Of a stretch of 41,015 nt of DNA, positions 35,229 to 41,015 are shown in pieces. The notes below the pieces were generated by a model that was not told the DNA's origin, did no database searches, and saw only the letters and a list, made by a program, of their open reading frames with translations. The position numbers and the translations under genes were made by a program. The stretch's first letter is position 1; each line of letters opens with the position of its first letter. Source of the DNA: Candidatus Aminicenantes bacterium (lineage in GTDB: Bacteria; Acidobacteriota; Aminicenantia; Aminicenantales; UBA4085); NCBI GenBank assembly GCA_026393905.1, contig JAPKZH010000500.1, forward strand, positions 1-41,015. Reading direction: 5' to 3'.

Positions 35229-35962
35229 TTTATCACTCTGAGCTGATAGATTTTTTGATTTCCATCAACGTTCCAGAGATAATATCCATCAAAAGCCAAG
35301 CCCCTCGGCGACTGACCGGGCGAAAGAAATCTCCTTTTGACGATGCCCTCCGGCGTCAGCTCGTAAATCGTCAGAGACGTTGGGTCTGAAATCCAGAGGG
35401 ATCCCCCATTAAAGGTCATGCCGTCGACCCGGACTCCAGGATTGGAAAATGAAAATTGGATCTCACCCGTTTCCGGGTTGACTCTATGAATTGTGTTTGA
35501 CTGAAGGTCGGCAAGCCAGAGTGCCTGCTGTCCGTATCCGATCGCCGTGAATGATCCCCGTTGAAGATGGAGCCTCTTCTGAATCTCTCCGTTGAGCAGG
35601 TTGATCTTGTAAACTTCGACCGTCGTCTCGCTACAAATCCAGAGGTCATGGCCATCATAGGCGATTCCCGTTGTCGAGGGGAGGGGCGATGTCAGAGCTC
35701 TGATCTGAGCGCCATTGGTTCTGTTCAAACAATAGAGGGTATTGCTATTCCCGTCGACATTCCAAAGTGTGCTGCCGTCCCAGGTGAGACCGAGAGGGAT
35801 GGTCGAAGGGGTAAAGATGGTGTTGACCACTTCAAAGATCACTTCGCTAATCTCGGGGTCAAAAGGATTATCGAAGATTCGGTCCTGGCAGGCCATTGAG
35901 CAGAGCAGGCTAGAAATTATAGCCAAGCACCAAAACCGTCTTCGGCTCTTTGCAGGATTCAA
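35225..35962 (-). CDS. putative lipoprotein with a repeated DG..LW beta-propeller-like motif
   Basis: 245 aa starting at TTG. Signal plus lipobox-like WCLAIISSLLCSMAC. Five ~45-aa repeats (WDGSTLWNVD, YDGHDLWICS, GQQALWLADL, FNGGSLWISD, FDGYYLWNVD). Confidence 0.6.
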   Translation of the reverse strand: MNPAKSRRRFWCLAIISSLLCSMACQDRIFDNPFDPEISEVIFEVVNTIFTPSTIPLGLTWDGSTLWNVDGNSNTLYCLNRTNGAQIRALTSPLPSTTGIAYDGHDLWICSETTVEVYKINLLNGEIQKRLHLQRGSFTAIGYGQQALWLADLQSNTIHRVNPETGEIQFSFSNPGVRVDGMTFNGGSLWISDPTSLTIYELTPEGIVKRRFLSPGQSPRGLAFDGYYLWNVDGNQKIYQLRVIK

Positions 35963-36319
35963 GCCCCAACCTCAGGTTTTTTGCTTACTCTTTTTTTTGC
36001 AGTTAACGATAGCATAAAGGCCGGCCACATTGACAGTCCAGACGCCGAAAGCGGGCAGGATGTTGATAGGAATTTACTTTTTCCCGCCAGGCAACTTATC
36101 CCCTTTTTGGGCTCGGAATCCAGGCTGTTCATCAAGCCAAAATGGTATCGCCGGACAGTGATCGATGTCAAGGTCGCCATGTCGTGCCGCATCTCGGGCT
36201 TCCCTGAACTCATCTCTTACCCAACAAAAGAGACTTCGACAGGCTTCCCGGCTTCAGGTTCAAATCCTATCTTGAAAACGTCCCGTTTCAGGCAATGACC
36301 CACGGCGCTCTTTGCCCGT

Positions 36320-38551
36320 TCATTCCTCGGCTTTGATCTTGAGGGCGATGAAATCGCCGCTCCTGACCGTCATCCGGATCTGATAAAAGTCCTTGCCGAG
36401 CCTGACGTTCGTCTTACCCGACCGCAGGTCGGTCAGGACATAAGATTGGGCGGGCGCCAGGTTCAGCGGATAGATCACCAGGTCCGTGGGCTTCTGCCCA
36501 TAGTTAACCGCAGCCAGCCGGTATTCGCCGCCGGTGGAAGACAGGGCGAAATCCATATCTTCCTTTCCTCCCTCGATATCGAAAGGCCTCGTCCGGCCCA
36601 CCCGGGACAGGGCCAGGTCCAGGACATCGCGGATGAGGTCGGGCATGATCTCGACCGAATCAGGAAGGCCCACGGGAATGGTTATGACAAGGCCCTTGCC
36701 GAACTCGTTGATCAGCGCCGCCGTCGAACCGTCCTCGAAAACCGCCGCGCTTTGGGCCGTCGTCGGCGTCCATGACGGACAGGAGACAGCCGGAAAATCA
36801 AAGGCCTTCCCTTGTCGGGCGCGCGCAAACATCGGCTCCTTGACTTCGACCCGCCAGTGTTTCGCGGATTTCCCCTCTTCTCCGCCGACCAGGTCTTCTC
36901 GGTTGAACTGATCACCAAAGGGAATGCGCGGGCCGAACAAAACGGCCGCCCCTCCCCGCTCGACAAAAGCCTTGAGAAGGAGGCTGTCCGTATCCTGCAT
37001 GCCGGCGATGTCCGGCAGGACCAGCACCGATTTATGCGAGAGCAGGTATTCCAACTGCTCTTCGTTCAGGTGAAAAGGATAGTACGGCAGGATCTCCTCA
37101 CCCTTCGGCGGAATGAAAGGAACGATTTCGACCGCCGCGCCCAGCTTCCGGAATCCATCAAGGACCGGGATGATGCTCTCCGTCCAGCGATCCGCCCACC
37201 AATCGCTGTAGGGGATATAGATGCCGATGCCGCTGGGATCGTTAGCGGCCTCCCGGGCGATCCAGGGATAGGCTTTCAAAGCCTGCTCGACCGCGGCCGC
37301 GCATTTCTGGACATCAGGGATTTTTTTGCCCATCGTATAGATATTGTAATGATAGGTGAACAGAGTGATCCCGTCGGGCCCATAGCAGGACGCCGCGCTC
37401 ATGATCTGGCCGGAGATATCCTCGGGGCCGGCCAAATAGGCGCCGGCGTAACTTCTCTCCAGATAGCCGAAGAGCTCGACATGGGAGAGGGCGATCTTAT
37501 TCTTTTGGAGCGTTGCGCCCGCCGAAAGGGAAGCGAAATCCTTGGTCCGCCGGATGGCGAAACATTTCCGGTTATCCGGGCGGTAGGAAGCCATGACCGC
37601 CCCCTGATAAATCACGACATCCAGGTTCTCGATCGCGGCCAGGTATCCGGCCAGCAGCGGGTCATCGATATAAGGAGCGCAGCCGGAGAGGAGCCCCTTG
37701 TTGAGGGACTTGACGGCATCGGAAAACTCACGGACATGGGCGGCCAGGTAGGTCCCGCTTCCCTCTTGGTAGCTATAGAACCCGATCAGGGACGGATGGC
37801 GGCCGTAGAGGTCCCACAGCTCTTTCATGACGGCCTTAGTGCTCTGCATATACTCGGCATAGGGCATTTTTTTCGTCATGTCCCAGACCACGGTGATCAT
37901 CAAGGGGAGCCCAAATTTGTCGGCTAGCTTAAGCGTGGTCCCGACCCTGTCATCGGGGGTATTATCCTCGGCGGCCTGGGCGCAGATTTTGGAGGGATAC
38001 CAGGCCTTCTTGTTGATGATATCGTGGACGATGAGCATGTTCCCGCCGACGCCCATAAAATTCTTCATGTAGACGGCGGCGTCCTCTTCCACGCCGCCCT
38101 CGGGCAAAGCGCTCACGATCATGAAATCGCCGATAATCTTGCCGACGATGAAGCTGGCTTTGCCGACGGCCTTCAAGGAGCCAAGGACAGCTGTGACGGT
38201 GACCGCATAGAAGCCGGCCGGCGCTTTGGCGGGAAGGGAGATCTGGCCCTTGTAGAGCCCGAGTTCCTGGCTGGCAAGGCTCAATTCCAGGATGCCCGCC
38301 CCGAGCGTCGGCACCAGGAGAGTGGACTGGAGCTTCAGCTTATTAAGCGTCCCGGCTTTTTTCACCCAAACACTGACCTGGACCGTATCGCCGGGTTTCG
38401 GCCGCAGCTTGTCCACGGACACTTCAACGGATAGCGCCTGGCCCGGCTTTCCCCCCGCCTGCCGGCATGCAGTTGTCAGCCAGATGCCCATGAGAAGACT
38501 CAAAAAAACGGATAATAGCCCCAGCTTGAAGAAAAGCCCGGATTTTCTCAT
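36320..38551 (-). CDS. large putative lipoprotein; glycoside-hydrolase-like TIM barrel plus GATase1-like middle domain suspected (weak)
   Basis: I moved the start to ATG 38551 (AGGAGG SD 5 nt upstream), giving MRKSGLFFKLGLLSVFLSLLMGIWLTTAC (signal plus lipobox). The track ORF extends to 38644 without an SD. The domain guess is based only on overall sequence character. Confidence 0.6.
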   Translation of the reverse strand: MRKSGLFFKLGLLSVFLSLLMGIWLTTACRQAGGKPGQALSVEVSVDKLRPKPGDTVQVSVWVKKAGTLNKLKLQSTLLVPTLGAGILELSLASQELGLYKGQISLPAKAPAGFYAVTVTAVLGSLKAVGKASFIVGKIIGDFMIVSALPEGGVEEDAAVYMKNFMGVGGNMLIVHDIINKKAWYPSKICAQAAEDNTPDDRVGTTLKLADKFGLPLMITVVWDMTKKMPYAEYMQSTKAVMKELWDLYGRHPSLIGFYSYQEGSGTYLAAHVREFSDAVKSLNKGLLSGCAPYIDDPLLAGYLAAIENLDVVIYQGAVMASYRPDNRKCFAIRRTKDFASLSAGATLQKNKIALSHVELFGYLERSYAGAYLAGPEDISGQIMSAASCYGPDGITLFTYHYNIYTMGKKIPDVQKCAAAVEQALKAYPWIAREAANDPSGIGIYIPYSDWWADRWTESIIPVLDGFRKLGAAVEIVPFIPPKGEEILPYYPFHLNEEQLEYLLSHKSVLVLPDIAGMQDTDSLLLKAFVERGGAAVLFGPRIPFGDQFNREDLVGGEEGKSAKHWRVEVKEPMFARARQGKAFDFPAVSCPSWTPTTAQSAAVFEDGSTAALINEFGKGLVITIPVGLPDSVEIMPDLIRDVLDLALSRVGRTRPFDIEGGKEDMDFALSSTGGEYRLAAVNYGQKPTDLVIYPLNLAPAQSYVLTDLRSGKTNVRLGKDFYQIRMTVRSGDFIALKIKAEE

Positions 38552-38680
38552 AGGGCCTCCTGGATTTCGATCCTGAACCAATCTTTTTATATACCAGATT
38601 CGCCTCAAAGACAAATGCCCGGTTTGGGAATTCGCAGTTGCCAAAGGAATAGAGAAAGGTTATATTAACCTGACGGAAAA

Positions 38681-39085
38681 ATGAACAGGAAAATTGTCGT
38701 CGCCGATGATGACAGGGTTACGCTCCAGATGCTCGACCATGTTCTGGCCGACAATTCGTTCTATGTCTATTCCGCTCAAGACGGACAGGCAGCCCTAGAA
38801 TTGGTCAGGAAAGAAAAGCCCGATATTCTCATCAGCGACCTTGTCCTTCCCAAGCTCGACGGCCTCGCCCTGTGCAAGAAAGTCAAACAAGACCCGGATT
38901 TGAGCGGGACAATAGTCATCATGATGACGGCCGTCTACAAGGGTTCGGCATTCAGACCCCTCACCAGGGACTGCGGCGCGGACGATTATATTGAAAAGCC
39001 GATCAACTCGACGATCCTTCTGGAAAAGATCTATAAGCTATGCAGTCAGAGCGCTGAACCGGGAAAAAAAGAAAATCCTTCCTGA
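38681..39085 (+). CDS. stand-alone response-regulator receiver domain protein (CheY-like)
   Basis: 134 aa. It has the acidic pocket VVADDD, the phospho-acceptor context DILISDLVLPKLDG, the conserved T (MMTA) and the K-P pair (IEKPI). No output domain. Confidence 0.85.
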   Translation: MNRKIVVADDDRVTLQMLDHVLADNSFYVYSAQDGQAALELVRKEKPDILISDLVLPKLDGLALCKKVKQDPDLSGTIVIMMTAVYKGSAFRPLTRDCGADDYIEKPINSTILLEKIYKLCSQSAEPGKKENPS

Positions 39086-39198
39086 TTGCAGAGACCGTTT
39101 GACCCGCGACTTTTCTCCCGGATTCCAGTTTGAGAAATTGAACGGCATGGGATTCTAAGGAAAAGAGACTAAGCAGGACCGGCCTTTTCCCCTGACAC

Positions 39199-39420
39199 TC
39201 AGCGGAATGAGGAAAAGATCTTCTGGAAGGCCGACTTTTTGATCATCTTCTGCATGTCCTGGAACTGCTTGAGGAGCTGGTTGACCTCGTGGACGGGACG
39301 ACCGCTTCCCCGGGCGATCCGCTGGCGCCGGCTGCCGTTGATGATCCTGGGGTCGAGCCGTTCCCCCGGCGTCATGGCGTTGATGATCGCCTCGAAATGG
39401 AGGATCTGCCGGTCATCGAC
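39199..39420 (-). other. ffh: in-frame continuation of the ffh M domain after the TAG at 39421-39423 (73 codons plus TGA)
   Basis: Hand translation in the same frame gives [73 protein letters not shown]. This is the conserved SRP-RNA-binding part of Ffh. Confidence 0.85.
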
Positions 39421-40521
39421 CTAAACCTTGTCCAGGTTTTTAAACGGCCCCGTCCCCGGCAGGTGGCTGAGCACGCCGGATAGGGATCCCATCTTTTTGA
39501 GGTGACCCAGCTGTTTCTTGAAATCCTCGAGCGTAAACTCCTGCTTGCGGATCTTGCGGGCCAGTTCTTCGGCCTCTTCCTGGTCGGCCTCCTGCTCGGC
39601 CTTTTCGATCAGCGTCAGGATATCGCCAAGGCCCAGGATGCGGGAGGCCATGCGGTCCGGATAAAAAACGTCCAACTTGTCGAACTTCTCCCCTACGCCG
39701 ACGAATTTGATGGGCATCCCCGTAACGGAAACAATCGATAGAGCGGCGCCGCCCCGGGCATCCCCGTCCAGCTTAGTCAGGATGACCGAGGTCAGGCCGA
39801 TCTTTTCGGCGAAGGCTTGGGCGCTCTTGACGGCGTCCTGGCCGGTCATCGAATCGCCAACGTAGATCACCTCGACGGGATTGAGGATATTCTTGACCAG
39901 CCGTAACTCATCCATCAACTCCTCGTCCACATGCAGGCGTCCCGCCGTATCGACCAGCAGAAGGTCGTAGCCGCGGTTTCTGGTGAATTTCATGAGCTCG
40001 CTCAGGGCGTCTTCAGGGGCGGCCATCTGCGATGAGGTCATTTCGTAAAAAGGAAGCTTGAGGTTTCCGGCGATCATTCTCAGCTGGTCCTGAGCCGCCG
40101 CCCTTTTCATGTCGAAGGAGACGAGAAGCGGGTTTTTCCCCCGGCCGAGCGCCCACTTGGCCAGCTTTCCGCAAGTCGTCGTCTTCCCGCTTCCCTGCAG
40201 CCCGACCAGCATGAAAATGGAAGGCGGTGCGCTTGAAAAAGTCAACGGCTTGTCCGACCCGCCCAGGATCTCGGTCAGCTCGTCCCGGACGATTTTGATG
40301 ACCTGCTGCGCCGGCGTGAGGCTGTCGAGGACGTCCTGGTTGAGGGCTTTGACTTTGATTTTCTGCTCGAAATCCTTGACAACCTTGTAGTTGACGTCGG
40401 CCTCGAGCAGGGCTAAGCGGATCATCTTGAGGGCCTCAGCCATGTTTTTCTCGGTGACTTTTCCCTCGCCGCGGAGGAACTTCATCACCTTCTGGAGCCG
40501 GTCCGAAAGCTGGTCAAACAT
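39421..40521 (-). CDS. ffh: signal recognition particle protein Ffh (N and G domains and the start of the M domain); the ORF ends at an in-frame TAG
   Basis: 366 aa: MFDQLSDRLQ..., P-loop GLQGSGKTTTCGKLA, DTAGR, TKLDGDARGG, and the M-domain start LGHLKKMGSLSGVLSHLPG. Confidence 0.9.
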   Translation of the reverse strand: MFDQLSDRLQKVMKFLRGEGKVTEKNMAEALKMIRLALLEADVNYKVVKDFEQKIKVKALNQDVLDSLTPAQQVIKIVRDELTEILGGSDKPLTFSSAPPSIFMLVGLQGSGKTTTCGKLAKWALGRGKNPLLVSFDMKRAAAQDQLRMIAGNLKLPFYEMTSSQMAAPEDALSELMKFTRNRGYDLLLVDTAGRLHVDEELMDELRLVKNILNPVEVIYVGDSMTGQDAVKSAQAFAEKIGLTSVILTKLDGDARGGAALSIVSVTGMPIKFVGVGEKFDKLDVFYPDRMASRILGLGDILTLIEKAEQEADQEEAEELARKIRKQEFTLEDFKKQLGHLKKMGSLSGVLSHLPGTGPFKNLDKV

Positions 40522-40618
40522 TATTATTGATCTCGTATTTCAAAATGATTATTGAGAATCATAAAAATTATCATAGGGGAAAGCCTGATCCCAGTCAAAC
40601 CCGCGAAGCATCTAAATA

Positions 40619-40756
40619 TGTGATTTCAAAGAGGTGTCGGAGTCGCCCCCGAGGCCCCCTAGCGGAGGGGGGCCCCGACGGCCTTTCGGCGGGGGGAACC
40701 GACGGGACTGGTTCCCAAGGGGCTCGGGGGCGATTCCGGCACCGATAGAAATCACA
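40619..40756 (+). ncRNA. candidate structured RNA or DNA palindromic element of unknown class (strand call weak)
   Basis: A 9-bp outer stem (40619-40627 with 40748-40756) encloses a 21-bp stem (40633-40653 with 40723-40743). The latter contains two G-U pairs when read on the plus strand. Inside are three GC-rich hairpins (40654-40673, ~40674-40696, 40694-40716). The flanks are AT-rich. Confidence 0.3.
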
Positions 40757-40787
40757 CAAACGGATACTTACGTCAAACGCGCGGCAT

Positions 40788-40816
40788 TTGAACTTTGGCG
40801 GGTAAATTGCTAAACT
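40788..40816 (+). promoter_or_regulatory. candidate extended -10 promoter placed so that transcription would begin at or next to the ATG at 40824
   Basis: TTGAAC (40788-40793), a 17-nt spacer, then TGc-TAAACT (TG at 40808-40809, hexamer 40811-40816). The ATG A lies 8 nt after the hexamer and no SD is present. Confidence 0.3.
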
Positions 40817-40823
40817 ATCTTCG

Positions 40824-41015
40824 ATGTTGCGCAAAAGATTATTCATCATTGTTGTGCTTGTTTGTTTTTCCTCGGCCTGGGCCCTCGAACCTCCGACCAA
40901 AGAACAGCTCGAACAATATCAAAGAGACGGCACTCTCACCCTCAGGATGCTGAATGCCCTGGCCTTGGGCAACCACCTTGTCGCGCCCGATCTTGTCAAA
41001 AGTTTTGCCTACAGG
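40824..41015 (+). CDS. secreted protein of unknown function; only the 5' part is present (64 codons to the window end)
   Basis: Hand translation gives MLRKRLFIIVVLVCFSSAWALEPPTKEQLEQYQRDGTLTLRMLNALALGNHLVAPDLVKSFAYR. It has a classical signal peptide (AWA/LE) and stays open to the window edge. Confidence 0.55.
   Translation, partial: MLRKRLFIIVVLVCFSSAWALEPPTKEQLEQYQRDGTLTLRMLNALALGNHLVAPDLVKSFAYR

Noticed and set aside
36257-36267. GGTTCAAATCC, which is identical to a tRNA T-arm/loop consensus, in the 357-bp gap between the lipoprotein genes.
   Set aside because: The flanking bases give only a 3-bp T-stem. I could find no acceptor stem, D-arm or 7-nt anticodon loop; the nearby hairpin TCTCTT...AAGAGA has a 9-nt loop. 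It is at most a decayed tRNA fragment and more likely chance.
38552-38644. N-terminal extension of the 774-aa track ORF.
   Set aside because: It has no SD. The ATG at 38551 has an AGGAGG 5 nt upstream and begins a canonical signal/lipobox sequence. The longer form would also leave only 36 bp for two divergent promoters.
39421-39423. Genome-wide reassignment of TAG to a sense codon, or pyrrolysine, as the explanation for the in-frame stop in ffh.
   Set aside because: vgrG, tssE, tssM and tssK in this window terminate at TAG at the expected protein ends, with the next gene starting a few nt to about 30 nt downstream. ffh is also not a known Pyl-containing gene. Local read-through or an error remains possible.
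40619-40756. Identification of the structured element as SRP (4.5S) RNA because of its position next to ffh; 6S, tmRNA, RNase P and common riboswitches were also considered.
   Set aside because: It lacks the conserved SRP helix-8 features (GGAA tetraloop with flanking AGCA/GGUC-type loops), the RNase P GAGGAAAGUCC box and the tmRNA GGGG...GGAUUCGACG 5' end. There is no single large central bubble as in 6S, and no riboswitch core motif I recognise.
1-41015. A search by eye for CRISPR arrays, rRNA or tRNA genes, IS elements, transposases, integrases, and Hanks kinase or PP2C phosphatase genes.
   Set aside because: I saw no regularly spaced direct repeats, no ORF of 60 aa or more with transposase, integrase, kinase or phosphatase motifs, and no cloverleaf-forming segment. 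A computational scan (tRNAscan-SE, Infernal, ISEScan) would be needed to exclude small or degenerate elements.

Overview
The window is dominated by one complete, co-directional (minus-strand) type VI secretion system locus. The gene order is tagH(fha)-tssJ-tssK-tssL-tssM-tagF-tssA-tssB-tssC-hcp-tssE-tssF-tssG-clpV-vgrG-PAAR, spanning 29903 down to 7535. All 13 core components are recognisable from their protein sequences. A roughly 7.5 kb cargo string follows on the same strand and is the most novel-looking part. It encodes a 1156-aa signal-less protein combining an OmpA-like peptidoglycan-binding domain with an HExxH metallopeptidase motif, then a membrane-anchored beta-propeller (candidate immunity). 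Next come a 287-aa protein paralogous to the C-terminal extension of the PAAR protein, a HET-C-like putative toxin with a tandem Cys/His-rich tail, and an unknown ORF that runs off the left edge. Upstream of the T6SS lie envelope genes: an 820-aa TPR/TM/PEGA/beta-sandwich/NHL-propeller protein, and a three-gene operon of propeller lipoprotein, large beta-barrel-like protein and small lipoprotein. A large lipoprotein with a glycoside-hydrolase-like look follows. The right end holds a stand-alone response-regulator receiver and ffh, which is interrupted by an in-frame TAG with the conserved M domain continuing in the same frame. It also holds a 138-nt GC-rich nested-hairpin element in an AT-rich divergent intergenic region, and the 5' end of a secreted-protein gene. 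I recognised no rRNA, tRNA, CRISPR array, transposase or integrase. All family assignments rest on motif recognition by eye and need HMM or structure searches. I cannot assign a taxon; the envelope genes imply a diderm bacterium of moderate GC.
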